From Diadema antillarum (taxonomy: Eukaryota): DNA of 64,000 bases. The notes below the pieces were generated by a model that was not told the DNA's origin, ran no database searches, and worked only from the letters and a program-made list of their open reading frames with translations. The position numbers and the translations under genes are program-made. The DNA is taken from the NCBI RefSeq assembly GCF_040938485.1, contig NW_027270960.1, forward strand, positions 7,006,001-7,070,000, in the 5' to 3' direction. Positions 13,229 through 26,580 of the stretch are shown here, in pieces. The stretch's first letter is position 1, and every line of letters starts with the position of its first letter.

Positions 13229-13610
13229 TTAAAGTGTATGGCTAGTACCTGATCATTGGGAATCAGTGGGAATGCTGGAGGATGATTGTTCTAATCCTTG
13301 TGGATTCATTTAAGAGTACATTATTGTTGTGTGAGAATTATTTGCTTCAGAATGGTCTCATATTCAAGTAATGTGCAGTTCAATGTTTCTAGGTTAGCAT
13401 GCCGGTACAGTGACGGGGCAATCATTAACCATGCTAACCTGGAACCATTGAACTGCACGGTACTTGAATATGAGACCATTCTGAAGAAAATAATTTTCAC
13501 ACAACAATAGATATATAATGTACTCTTAAATGAATCCACAAGGATTGGAACAATCATCACCCAGCATTCCCACTGATTCCCACTGATCAGGTACTAGCCA
13601 TCCCCTTTAA
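13229..13610. mobile_element. Kolobok/T2-like foldback MITE (382 bp) with about 170-bp inverted arms
   Basis: TTAAAGTGTATGGCTAGTACCTGATC ... GATCAGGTACTAGCCATCCCCTTTAA. The arms are highly similar around a spacer of about 28 nt. Confidence 0.88.
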
Positions 13611-14420
13611 AGAATATTCATGGTAAACATTTGTTTGCTCATTTGTAATTGACATTCACATCTTGAGTTTAACCTGTTCCATACTGAATTTTGAAATGCG
13701 CATAGACTTGATACGCAGGTCACCAGGTTCCTGTATAGAATGGGATAACTGTGATATCTTCTCTTCATGTTTTTCTCTTTCAGAAGAAATCCTTGAGTAG
13801 CATACATGAATCATGTATCATTGCGATTACTATCAGTATATCATAACCATTGTTATCTTCATGATCATTTCTTACAATCATCATTTTGAATGTTCCCATC
13901 AAAATGTCTCAAATACTATCTTTTGTGATAGCAAAACTATACAAACTTTAACGTCTCATTAAAGTAGATGCAGAATCCAAGGCAAAGCAATGCCATAGCT
14001 GAGTTGAAATCACACAAGTCATTTGCCCCAGTACATCTCACATACCCACAAGCATACATGATGTGTTAGGCCTTTTCTCCATGTGAGGGACATTTACGAC
14101 ATCTTATCGGGAAGAATGAAAACACACATGCCACATCGAATGACGCTATGCACATCATTGTGCCAAAGCACATCGCATGGAATAACATGAGCACTAAATC
14201 ATCTTGAGGTATGATATATTTCATAAGTCATCCTGCTTGACATACAGAGTTGTACAGTAAGTATACCAACTTGTCTGTTGATCCATGTTCTGCATTTTGT
14301 CATTGATATCATTTTCATTGGTTTTTGTTTTGGGTTCTTTGTAACCACTTATCTTTAATTGGAAAGAATAAATGAATAAATGAATATTGTTGACTAGTAT
14401 TTGCTGTTATCAACTAAATC

Positions 14421-14884
14421 TAATGAAAGTGCCAAAATATAGGGTATGAGTTTTCTTCAATTTGTCTCCCTAAACAAGTGAAATTTATAAGATCACAACT
14501 GCTGATCTACATTTTCAAGACACATGTCAGAATTTTCAAGCTTGGGTATTTTTTTTTTCCAATTACGTTCATTGTGTCACTGCCTTCAACCAGGGATAGC
14601 CTGGTGGTAGTGTAGCTATCTGGAAATCAGTGGATGACAGGTTTGATTCCCCCAGGTTCCTTTTTGCTTGTTAACCCATTGAGGGCAGGCTGATTTTGCT
14701 ATATAACATGCATTTCCCATAGACATCTGCCCCAGTATACTCAGGACTCTTCCTCAGTGAGTTAAAAATGCAGATCAGCAGTTGCAATCTTGTAGATATC
14801 ATTTGGACAGAGGAAGACAAGTTCAAGAAAACTCATACCCCATATCTTCACCCCTCTGCTTAATAATCTCTTGCTTTCATTTAA
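14421..14884. mobile_element. Old foldback element with nested insertions
   Basis: 14440-14515 is an imperfect reverse complement of 14764-14845 (gggtatgagttttctt...actgctgatctacattt versus aaatgcagatcagcagt...aagaaaactcataccc). The centre holds a tRNA-like head (about 14593-14660) and PB93 copy 5. Confidence 0.6.
14671..14765 (-). mobile_element. PB93 MITE copy 5
   Basis: TTAACCCATTGAGG...CCTCAGTGAGTTAA, reverse orientation. Confidence 0.85.
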
Positions 14885-15402
14885 AGAGCCAATGCTTTTG
14901 ACCAAATTTTAGAGGTGGTCTATACTCCAGTTTGCACTACATGACATGAAGATACGCCTCTGCCCTCACTTTTGAACTTTAGAACATCAACAGTGAGAAT
15001 TTTGAACATACATTGTTATACATGAAATTAATGTAAGAAAGAAAAAATGTATAAATGCTGCAAACATATCAAAGCACCCATTCCATGTGTATACAATTAT
15101 AGACATGTAAAATCAGACTTGTCCCTTTTGCTCTCAAAGTGCCACATATACACCCAAAACATTTGATTTTTCAAATAAAGGGAATCTAAAGCAAAACACC
15201 ACCATTTTCCAAAGATACATACAAGAAACATTGAAGTTACCTTATCTTTTGCTGGAACAATTCTTACAAGAATTACCCTTTCATGATTGCCTTTGACAAA
15301 ATGGAGGGATATAAATCAATAAATGAAATAAGTTCAACACAGAAAGAGAGACACTATGAGAGGGCTTGGAAAAAGGCTGAATATTCTAATATTGGACTTG
15401 AT

Positions 15403-15495
15403 TTAACCCATTGAGGACGAGTCCTGTGTATACACGGGCAGGTGCCTATGGGAAATGCATGTTGTAGCAAAATCAAATCATCCTCAACGGGTTAA
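15403..15495 (+). mobile_element. PB93 MITE copy 6
   Basis: TTAACCCATTGAGGACG...CCTCAACGGGTTAA, 93 bp. Confidence 0.9.
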
Positions 15496-15748
15496 GAAAA
15501 TATATCATGTATTGTAAAGTGCATAGAGCTTGAGAACACATTGCTAGTGGAGATTAATCCTTGCCTGCACATAATGTGGTGTGATGCTTTAAATCCCTGT
15601 GACACGTTTGGTCAGAGATCTCACACAGCCGTTGTATGCACATGCAATTAATTAATCAATTAATCTTTGCCTGAAAGATTGTCTCACCACATTCATCTAC
15701 ACAAGATACCTCCTGTAACCGAACATTACATCATTACTACATCTATCT

Positions 15749-15751
<3 letters not shown>

Positions 15752-15796
<45 letters not shown>
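15752..15796. repeat. Pure (CT)n microsatellite
   Basis: About 22 uninterrupted CT units. Confidence 0.95.
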
Positions 15797-15799
<3 letters not shown>

Positions 15800-15958
15800 T
15801 TGTCTGTGTCAGTCATAAAGGTGATTACCTGGTATTAAGGCAGTCGACTGAGACATCACATTAAGATATTCAGTGCAAACATTTAATGTCTTGCCACTTC
15901 CCTGATTACCACACCACTAGCTCCCTGAATTTATTACAGAATTTTATGCTGGCCATCA

Positions 15959-16327
15959 TTAAAGGCATAATTTACCATTTGCAGATAAAAGAAAAACCAA
16001 ACATTAGTGCTTCAAAACAGTTCTAAAATGTGAGTTAGGGATAGAAACAACCAATGTAAAAATTTGAACCAGTATAATTGATGTTAAGTATTGTCAACTA
16101 AACAAAATGTGAACAATAATTACAATAAAAATGTTTCCAGACTAAACCGTCTACAGTTATCGTCTAATGAGAAAAATAGTGATACCTCCTTACATTTTAG
16201 GCTTTATTGCAAAAATTTTATATGGTAGAATGTTTTTTGATACAACTGACCTACACATACGCATCTAAAGTGATATCTTGAAAATTTTTTTTAAATCAGT
16301 GCTCTCAAAGGTAAACAGGACCTTTAA
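15959..16327. mobile_element. Kolobok/T2-like MITE (369 bp), diverged
   Basis: TTAAAGGCATAATTTACCATTTG versus reverse complement of the right end TTAAAGGTCCTGTTTACCTTTG. Confidence 0.6.
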
Positions 16328-18339
16328 GGCTGAAAAGCCTGATTGTTGTGTGGGAAAAGTTGAATCATACCTATACTGCAAACATACAAAGCAGAGAAAT
16401 GCACTGTTCACACATTCACAAACTGGCCATGATTTGATCATCTCTACACCGCTAAAATCTCACACTGTTTTCTGTAGTTCATATATTTCCCTTTTATTTC
16501 CATATTGTACACATCACAGACTGATAATTTTTCTTGAATGCAGTATCTTGCAGAGTTAGTATTTTGATAATCATTCCGCTTATAGTGACACTTCAACTAT
16601 ATGTAAAACTTCAATATACATCAAAATAGATGAAAATCTGGGGGAATGATATGGAAACACCATCCAATTTTCAATGAAAATCAAACTGTGTACCATCAAA
16701 AACAAATACTACAGTTTTCATTGCGAAATGAATTCAAAATCAGTATCTCTCTTCCAACATGATTATTACAATAATAATCACCAGCATACATGTTGGAACC
16801 AACACATCAAGCATTGTCTACGACTACTATAAAAAATATGCATGTTATATATATATGGTCCAGGATCCTGCCAATCAGTATACATAGATCTAATCTAATC
16901 CAGATATTACAAACATTATACACAGTGTAGCTGCATGTTGCACAGAGGTTAAAAAGATTCAAGGCATATTTATCATGCTGTCAGATTTATCGAACACATA
17001 TCCATGAAAGTTAACCCAGCCAACCTCCGCGAACTACTTGGCACTGGGGCATGACAGGGTGCCCACTAAGAGAACCTCCCAACATAAAAAAGTTTGCCAA
17101 AGATTAAGGCATCGCGGTTCTGCTTTTGCCATCATCGGAAGGGACAAGGTAGGGGACGGCTTCCCGGCAGGTCTTGAGCAATCGCCCAACACCTTGGCAT
17201 TCAGTGGCAGAGAGATGAGATGTATCGGTGTCATCTCCGAGCTGTCAAGGCGCAATACGACCTAGACAGGTGACCACGTCTTACTTAACACCATGACAAA
17301 CAACGATTAAGTGACAGGACACGACATCACTAGGTATGGCTCAGGAAAAAAAAAATTACGAACACCTATACGATATCAGCTCACCTGGTTTTTATTTTTG
17401 TACCGACTTGCCGAGAGATGATTACAAAACGGGGGGTGAAAGAGAGAGGAAGAAAGGGTTGAAGAGACGGGTGGCTGGCTACGCTGTGAATCAAAAACTC
17501 TTGTTGCATGCACCATGTGTGTGTGTGAGGAAGGCAACATCCATCCAGTTCAGATGCAGAGCATCATCTCGTGACACACAAAGCTGGCCTCTGTACAGAT
17601 TCTCCATTATCTGGCGACACATTGCCAGCGTTTAGGCGCACATCACAATTTCTCCATCGATATCATCTCTGGCTAGCCATTAGAGATTCCACGATTAAGA
17701 ATGAGAGATAGAAACAGAGAAAGGGTGAGAGCTATAGTTGGACAGATGGACAGACAGACAGACAGACGAGACAGACCCTGTTTCCAAGCTACTTTCTGAC
17801 ACACAAAAGGGTTTTATTTTGTCTGATCCTCGCATCCTTCCAAACGTCCCCCCCCCCCCACCCCCCATCCCAATATATTAATGGTTTGTGAGGATGGGCT
17901 ATGGATAGGAATATTCATGGGTCAAGATGGATTATTAAGCCTTACATGTCGCATGGGCTATTCCATCCTCATGTACATTCCGGGCCTGATGGGTTTTTCT
18001 CTCTTTCAGTTTCACCCTCGCTCTCTCTTCCCTCGTGAAGCTTTGACAACTAGGCTTGTGCAGGCCCGACTGCATTTTTGGAATTACTAATGGACTGGAT
18101 TGACCTCCATTTGGGATGGGAGCTCCAGTAACTGGGTGATGTGTGCCAAGCTCATTTGCATCATTATTTATGATTATTATGCCAATCAGGGTTGTCCTAA
18201 TTACTATTCAGCAACCATCTCATGAATATTGAAAGAGTTTTAATGACCTTAGTCAATGGGCTGGGGAGACTAATCAAATTAGATACTGTACATTATGTAT
18301 CCTAGCTGTCTGTGGTGGTGTGTTCGTGAGTGATAGATT

Positions 18340-18414
18340 GGGGGGGGGGTGGGGGGTGGGGGGTGGGGGGGTGGGGGGTGGGGGGGTGGGGGGATGGGTG
18401 GGGGGTGGAGGTGG
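18340..18414 (+). repeat. (G5-7T)n G-run array with G-quadruplex potential
   Basis: About ten consecutive G-tracts separated by single T or AT. Confidence 0.85.
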
Positions 18415-18630
18415 CAATGCCCCCTCCATAATGCGTTCCAGAGCACCATGATGATAACACCAGCAATGCTATCACAACCATATCATGGCGAAGCAATGCA
18501 CACACACACACAAATGTACACACACACACTCTCACACACCGTCAAGTACCCACATAGAATTGAAACGTAACCTTATGCATATGCATGAGTCCCTGCCTAA
18601 TGCATAGTCATGTGGTGGATGTGGCCTTAC

Positions 18631-18734
18631 TTGGTCAGGCAAACCAGCTGAGGGAGGTATGAGGCCACGCCTCCTCCCTGGCACAGCTAATATAACAGGC
18701 CCATCATACAGCCAGCTGTCATAGCTTGCACTTG
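18631..18734 (-). CDS. Candidate 104-nt internal exon, phase 1->0: (A)SASYDSWLYDGPVILAVPGRRRGLIPPSAGLPDQ
   Basis: Acceptor acatttctttgtgcAG| and donor CAA|GTAAGG. Only one of three frames is open, and it is phase-compatible with 38444-38396 and 32-1. No family recognised. Confidence 0.45.
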
Positions 18735-20097
18735 CTGCACAAAGAAATGTAGAGGACCAACCCAATATTGATAACATGCTTTCTTCACTTTAGCACCAAG
18801 AATTTTCTGGTATAACTCATATATCATACATACACACACATGCCATAAGAGAAGTTTTCACGCTCAGAAAAGAACAGATATTCATCTTGAATTCCAAATA
18901 AAACCTGACAATAAATGTAAGCATCTCTGTACAGAATATCTCTGCATATTTCTTAACTTGCTAAGCATTCATCAATATTTAATTTCAAAACAATGTTTTT
19001 AGAAATCTACACTTTACGCGTATGTGTTAGCTGGTAATAAGCTTACATAAACTGGTCAGATAGTGTCCAAAGGCATTTTTTTAATAGCTTTTAGCCAGAT
19101 TGGTGAAAAGCAGGGACTTCTGACATACCATTCCCACAGAAAGATAGAAGAATTCTAATTCACAAACTCTATATACCGGTAATTATCTTTGATAATGCAT
19201 ATTTGCATGAGGATAAGTAAACAAGGAACATTGCTTTAAATTGCTACGTACAGTACATGTCATATGACCTTTAATTCAAATGAAGGGCCTTTGCACTAAA
19301 TGTTGACCTAAAAATCAAATTTTGGTTTGTGACATAATTCAACAGAGTGTTGAGAACTCTTCCATATGATATAACCATTATTTTTGTGATAGTTTTTTTG
19401 CATGCAAGCCCTTGGGCCCTTCTGTAGAGCAGGCAACAAGTTATTCTGTGAAATTGATGACTGGATGGCAACCTTGTAAATATCTTACATTTTGACAGGA
19501 CAATCATTTGAATTAACAAGCTTTTACATATCCTTCTTCAAAGATTTGAAGAGCTAAAAATGGGCTGAAACATATCATTTACCATTCTCATAAAAGCCAC
19601 AGCTTCAAAGTATACAATACCTCTACGGGCCTATTTTTAATCATGCCCCCATGAAAATAGCATTCATAGTTTTTCTTACATCGACAAACAGAGAAATAAA
19701 AACTTTCACGGTTGACTCTTGGCGTCCAGTATGGCATTCATCCGTGAGAGGGTTGACTTGCACAGATGATATCGGCTCCTTTGCCAGAAGTCTGCTGACG
19801 TCAGGGGGAGATTCAATAATTCCCAGGGGTCAGAGATGCATGCGCCGATAAAGACAGGCAAGAATCGGTTATTCTAAAGACACTTTGTGCCCCCCTTATC
19901 CTGCCAGGGCTGCATGGTCCCATCTAGACTCAGTTTGATATTGGTGAGGCAAGGAGACAACTCAAAATCCATCTCATAATCAGGGAAAATAACTCTCTTT
20001 CCATGGGACATAAACTGGATCAAGCTGCTATCTCCAAGACGGATTTACATAATCATCATAGATTTTATTCTCGGTACAGGTACATCTATATCGGATG

Positions 20098-20486
20098 TTA
20101 AAGGGATGGTACAGTATTAGTGGAGATGAGAATTGGGCTTTTAACTTTTTGCGAGATACCAAGAAAACACTTATGAAATAGTACAGAGCATATCATTTTA
20201 CGAGGAATTCAAAGTTTATTTGATGCAAATCGGGTTTGGAATGACTGAAACATCCAAAAACAAAGTAAAACAAAGTGATCGTAATAAAAGGTGGGACCCA
20301 CACTTTATTAAAATCGCTCTGATTTGGATATCTCAGCCATTTCAAACCAATTTTCATCAAATAGATGTTGAATTCATCATGAAATTACAAGCTCTTTCAT
20401 ATTTTGTAAGAGGTTTCTCATTATCTCACGAAAAAATGTTTGAAACCTCAAATTAGGTCTCAACCAAAACTTTATGATCCCTTTAA
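20098..20486 (+). mobile_element. Kolobok/T2-like MITE (389 bp), copy A
   Basis: TTAAAGGGATGGTACAG ... ATGATCCCTTTAA; full-length similarity to 53902-54289. Confidence 0.88.
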
Positions 20487-22589
20487 CTGTACACCTAATA
20501 TTTAACCCTTAACTTTATGGTCATTGATTTGCAATCATGCTGGACAATTGGTACAGTTGTCTGGAAACTTATAATCAACAAATGGAGATTAGTAACTCCC
20601 CTTTGATAATATCTACCGTGTAACGTTGGTCTTTACATTGAACTGAGACTCATTGTTCCACCTCAGTGGATTTGCCAAATTTACAACTACTGTAGGCTTA
20701 GTTTGGATGGATTACTGAATGTTGATAAACAAAAAGCTGGATAAGTTTAGCCACTTATGTACTTAAGTGTCGATTGACCAAAAAAAAAGGAAATAAAAGT
20801 AAATATACAAACAAATAACTAATTAACTAATTAACTAAATAAATAAATAATTAAATAAATAAATAATAGGGTCTTTCAAACTGTGTAGAAAGTTCCTAGC
20901 ATAGACAGGGATAAGGAAAATACCTGGGGACATAAAGGGTAAATGTCACTCCATTGAATTCCCCAGTTAGACAATGTTTGTTGAAAATCAAAGATGTTGA
21001 GGAAATAGGGCAGTTACTCGGCAGCATTTAGTGGGTGGTGTAGCACCAGAAGAGTGCAAAGATATCATTTTGTATCTCAGAGACACAATGTCATAGACTG
21101 ACCTGGCTATTGTTAGATAATACAGTACCTCGTAATGCATACGAGCAAACTACAATGGTTGTGTTGATTTACATTCTGACTTTATAAAGACCCTGAGCTC
21201 AAATATGTCATTGGTCATCACCAGCATTGCAGATGTATATCAAGGTGAAATTAGAATACCCATTGCACAACCCTTTCCCTGAGCAAAATGAGAGCAATAA
21301 TACAGGATATACTGAAGCACAGTGCAATGCAAAGTTTATTACAATAAACCATTATGACATGACGCTTGCATATCGATGTGTGACATGTTCTATTGGTCAA
21401 CCTATGTATCAGTCAAAGTTGGGGGTATGCAACCATCTACACATGTGATACACAGGTATAAGACAGCAAGCACCCTGATACACAAATTTTATCAAAAATC
21501 ATGGCAATTCTCCCATCAATAGATTGAAGAAACAAGTTGCGTTTATTTTACACATGACATGGCGAGTGCCATATTTTCAAAAATGGGGGCCCACTTCTAA
21601 GTTACATGAGCTAACAAACAGACAAACAAAAAGAAAGGTCTTCTGAAAAGGTCTTCAGTGCATAAACAAAGGCGCTCAAAGGTTTTATTCTATCTTTTTT
21701 TCCAGTGCCACTTCTGGTGTAAAAAAAAAGGGGGGGGGGGCAAAGTGGTGACACCCTATGTACAGTATTCCTATGTACAGGTGCACAAAAAGTGGGGGGG
21801 GGGGGGGGGGGGCAAGCGGGTCCCATGGAAGTGTGTAGTGAAATTGTCAAGAAAATAAAGAAACTCCTTTTAAAACAAGAGCTTGGAATGTTCAACATTC
21901 AGATTCTTTCCTCCAAACTCAGAACGGTTGGGAGGTCTGCATCATAAGCATGAGGCAGCTGAGATACATTGAAGCTGGATGAGTTATTGTTTTTAATCTT
22001 TACAGCTCAAACACCTTAGCACTGCCTAATTACCCACCACAAAATTTTATGATGATCACCATCTTAATGTGTGTGCATAAGTCTCTTTTAAAAAATATGA
22101 TATCGGACATGAGATGGCGCAGACAGCTGCGCCTAGATCGTCACAGAGCAAGGGAGCAGATGGCGGCAGAGCAAACGTAAACACTGAAGACGGAGTGTAT
22201 GAGTGCGCTGGTGATCACACCGCTGATGGAGGAGACAGAGGAACAAAGCCGGGCGGGGCACTATGCCACATGTACCCATCATCCCTCTGTCCCATGGGCT
22301 GGTTCAATTAGCAAGTTTGAAGTCAGTATGTAATTGAGCCAGAATGAAACCCAATCCTTAAAAAAACATGCATGGGTTCTTGTCATTGCGTATCATTATG
22401 ACTACATGACTATTAAAAAAAAATAAAAAATCTGCATGGGCTCTGTGGTAACAGTTATCATACAGTACCTACAAATATTTTAGCCATCCAATTGGTCAAT
22501 TACTCATCATGTGACATTCACTAAAAAGATATTACCTGTATTGCACTCATGTTTCCATTGAGGGTGAAGTTTTTGTCAAGCACTTTTGT

Positions 22590-23007
22590 ATAGTGCACTT
22601 TTAACATCATTCCTTTATGTTTACTCCCATGATATGCTCACGTGTTTCGCGAAACGAGAGGGACACGCGAGACATTCTCCAAAGTTTCAGGGTCTGTCTG
22701 GGGTTTCACAAAGATTTTGCGAACATCGCGCACGTCTTGAGAAGGGCTTGCACATACGCCAAGGCTTCAAAAACATTTTCAAGAACAAATCATGAGCAAA
22801 TCGCGACCCAGTGTTCAGAAAAGGTTCATAAAAAATTTCAAAATTTCCTGAAATTCTCGCCAAAGTAAAAATGACATCTGTGAACAATTGACAATGCTTG
22901 AGAACCCTTGCGCTCGTTTGGTGATCCTTTGCAGACTAGAATATGAATGTTGGATTTTGCCATTCGCGTCCTTCACAAATCGTTCACGTGCTCCATGAAA
23001 TCAACCC
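22590..23007. repeat. CpG-rich interspersed repeat, unclassified
   Basis: A block rich in tcgcga/ttcgcg/tttgcgaa motifs unlike its flanks, ending ccatgaaatcaaccct immediately before PB93 copy 7. The left terminus could not be identified. Confidence 0.35.
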
Positions 23008-23100
23008 TTTACCAGTTGAGGACAAGTCGCGAGTATACTCAGGCAAGTGTCTATGTGAAATGTGTGTTGTAGCAAAATCAGCCCATCCTCAATGGGTTAA
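23008..23100 (+). mobile_element. PB93 MITE copy 7
   Basis: TTTACCAGTTGAGGAC...CCTCAATGGGTTAA, 93 bp with a mutated left end. Confidence 0.85.
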
Positions 23101-23694
23101 TGGACTCATAGTTTTGTGCTGTCACACTCCTCTTACATCACAATGTACTCTCAAGCAGTTACAAGTCCTTGTTAAATCCCTTATTTACTGACAACATTTT
23201 TAAATGATTCATATAACCCAACCATCAAACAACAATTTGCTTTTGATGAAAAATGGTTGTCGTATGTGTATCTATACTTTGCATATTCACCAATCAGCAT
23301 TGATCACATTTGTTGATGTCTAAACTATCTTATAAAACGAATAGTGAATGGTCTATCCTTTCTTTACTCACAAAATAGAACCAGATTGTGCATTCATTCA
23401 AAGATAACACTTTCTCAATGACAATTATATTAGAAAAAGAATAGAGTGAGTTATCATTCGCCTCCTGCAAAATCTTAGTCATTAGATTTGTGCCCAGTCA
23501 TTATTTGTATATCATTGCATGCATAAGTAATGATCCAAGCATTAGCTAAAGACAGTGATCATTTTTTTAGCTTAAGGGGATTCCATTAGTGGCATAGCTC
23601 CTCTTAGACACTTTTCGGACTCCCATCAATCATTTTCATGACCAAAAAAAAAAATCCCTGATGGAAAAGTTAATCTGTCACCATAACTTTCCCT

Positions 23695-23852
23695 NNNNNN
23701 NNNNNNNNNNNNNNNNNNNNNNNNNNNNNNNNNNNNNNNNNNNNNNNNNNNNNNNNNNNNNNNNNNNNNNNNNNNNNNNNNNNNNNNNNNNNNNNNNNNN
23801 NNNNNNNNNNNNNNNNNNNNNNNNNNNNNNNNNNNNNNNNNNNNNNNNNNNN
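23695..23852. other. Assembly gap (158 N)
   Basis: Run of N. Confidence 1.
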
Positions 23853-23944
23853 AGAACATGTGAAAGCAAGGTTTGTCTATTGTACAATCTCAAGATAGGT
23901 TGTTGGCTGTGATAGACGACATCATTGGAGGCCAATATGGAGAT

Positions 23945-24240
23945 GTTCGTTGTTCCCAAGGTTCATAATTCCAAAACTGAAATTAGCTTCATTCTTCCAA
24001 AGGTTTGTTAACCCATTGAGGACGAGTCCCAAGTATACTCGGGCAAGTGTCTATGGGAAATGGGTGTTGTAGCAAAGTCAGCTGGTCCTCAATGGGATAA
24101 TAATAATTAAAAAAAATAGGAGTTCATAATTCTGAAGGTTTGTTACTGGTAAATCCGCATATGAAAAGAATTTGTGTGTCAATGAACCGTCTGAAATACG
24201 AACCTTGTTTCATTTTGGGATTAATGTACCATTAGAATAA
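23945..24240. repeat. Degenerate GGTTC(G/A)TTA(A/T)TCC-type tandem-motif element interrupted by PB93 copy 8
   Basis: Repeated gttcgttgttccc / ggttcataattcc / ggtttgtta motifs; the same motif family occurs at 45260-45720. Confidence 0.5.
24008..24100 (+). mobile_element. PB93 MITE copy 8
   Basis: TTAACCCATTGAGGACGAGTCCCAAGTATACTCGGG...CCTCAATGGGATAA. Confidence 0.9.
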
Positions 24241-24881
24241 TGAACATTTGGAATAATAAAATGTAATCAGCCTATCAACATGCAGTCACAAATGAATGCC
24301 TAGAGACACAAGGAATTCATCTGGAATACATGTACAGCACAGTTGCTGTGTAACAGTCAGGATAGGTTTGTGGAGCAGCTCAATTCTCTTGCAAAGGGAC
24401 ACTCGGGAAAACAGCTGAGTTGAATACAACCTGCATGTGTGCCTTCAAAGGAGACAAACAAACAAACCTGTCAGACATGATGCTAAAAAGAAATCCTGCA
24501 ACAAAAATATCCCTGTGCACGTAAAAAGCAATTTATCTTACATCATTGACATTTTCAGCAAAGTTGCCTAGCTTCGCAGACATCTAAATGTCAGATTTTG
24601 GAGTCATTTCCTTTGTCTAGAGCAGCCAATTACGAGCTAGGCCTTTGCAACTAGTGCTAGTCCTGCAAGGAGCTCACCATTTCTGGGGGGCAGAAATAAT
24701 TTCCTGTAAAAGTCCAATCCAATACCAACAGAGTATTATGTGGCATTCTGAGGTCCATGCACATCTATAAAAAGAAACCTTTTAGCTCAAAGAAGCAGAA
24801 AAAAAAAATTATGGGAAAGGGCGAACACAAGCATTCACAAACACAGACACACACTGCTATACACACACATATTGCATCGCT

Positions 24882-24987
24882 CCCGTTGAAGACTTGTCCC
24901 AACTTGGAGTATAATACTCGGGCAGCTAGCGTCTATGGGAAATGCGTGTTTTTGAATAGCAAAATCAGCCCGTCCTCAATGGGTTAA
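24882..24987 (+). mobile_element. PB93 MITE copy 9 (longer variant)
   Basis: CCCGTTGAAGAC...GAGTATAATACTCGGG...CCGTCCTCAATGGGTTAA with small insertions. Confidence 0.8.
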
Positions 24988-26580
24988 CCCTCAAGAAGCT
25001 ACAGCTGTCCTCACATGTGGTTGTGTGTGTGTGTGTGTGTGTGGGGGGGGGGGGGGGTAGAGTTGAAAATGTTTATGTTGCTGTGTTCATACACAACCTT
25101 TTCACTCTACACTGCAATTCCACATACACACGTACATTAACAATGTCAATTTTACACTGCATACACCTTATAGTTCTCGTCAGACGTACTTCAAAGAAAC
25201 AATTATATTGCTTGTTCATGCTTTTCTAAATTTTGCCCGATCTCATGCAATAATTGACAGAAAATAGGAAAGGAACTAGGCCCTACATACCATCAAAACA
25301 TTTATCATGTTTTGCTTAACAAACATAATGTAGGGCCTATGTACTGTAGGCCTAGATAGCAAATTTTAAGAACTTTGCAAACAACATAACATTACAACAG
25401 TACTTTGAATAAAGATTAGCAATTACTGTAGTAGTGATATTGAATACAAGCAAGAGGTGGTCATATAAAAACTCTCTCTCCCTCTCTCTCTCTCCATCTC
25501 TTTCTCTCTCTCTCTATTCCAATACATTAAAATTTTCACATTTACTGAGATTTAAATCATATTGCGTCTCCTTCAATATGACATCCGACACTCAAGAATG
25601 TGTACCATAAAGAACCTCTACAAAACCTAGAGGGCATATGTTACAGATGGCTGGAAGCAAAAACCACAGGGTATAATCAGGCAGAACCCCTCTTGCATGT
25701 CACAATAAGAATTCTTACAGTTACACAAGGTATACACTTCAATATATCATCGTAGCTTGTTATGGGAAGAGGCCCTTCACAGTAGCAAGCTTTCGGCCAA
25801 ACCGTGCTTGGAAAAGGTAAAAGGTGAAAGGCCTTTAACTTGGGACTAAAATTTGTATAGGCCAGAGCTTTCTATACAAAACTCTGAATGAATCCTGATT
25901 ACTGTGCAATGTGCAGTGGAATAAAACTTTTTTTTTTTCATTTTCTCTATTTTTTGCTCATTATTTTTTCAGTCCTGAAAGTTTTGATTACAGAAACTGT
26001 AAACAAGTGTAAATAATTCATTGAATTATTGAAACATGAAAGGTATATACATCATTATCTTTCATGCAAAATGTTGATTGGTGATCTTTCTTCAACTTGT
26101 AGTTACCAGTATCACTATTAAAGAAAAAAACATATATATTTTCATTGTTGTAAACTGCACAGCTGAATCACTATACGAGCAATAAACTGCCCTGTCTTTG
26201 TCTATAGAGGGCTCCTTCAACATACAAGCTACAGTCACAAAGGAGTGTTGAATTCTAATGGTCCTTTATCATACTCCAGCTCTTGAAAGTATACTTTATC
26301 TACTCCTATGTATGTGTATGTGTGTGTTTTGTGTGTGTGTGCATAAGCTATGCATATTGAAAATTGTCCCTATATCACTAATTAAATTAGAATAACTGTA
26401 CAAATGAAAGAGTTGAAACACAAAAACCAATATATCCATTTTTATCAACTTGAGATATTTTAGACTGAATAACAAAGCAAGAAATTGAAATAAGTAATTT
26501 GTGATAATTTTAATGATATTAGTATTTCTCATTATGTAACAAGTGCAGAATCATGGAATGGCTTGAATCTTTTCTATATT

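Noticed and set aside
17034-17265. ORFs on both strands; possible exon VVLRLDSSEM...
   Set aside because: Poor polypyrimidine tract, weak GTAGTT donor, and the end phase does not fit neighbouring candidates.
18640-18745. Plus-strand hairpin, ATATAA (H-box-like), second hairpin and ACA suggesting an H/ACA snoRNA
   Set aside because: Only about 105 nt, the second stem is weak and pocket-to-ACA spacing is off. It is antisense to the candidate host gene and better explained as the exon.
23626-23959. ORFs spanning the N gap
   Set aside because: Artefacts of unknown bases.
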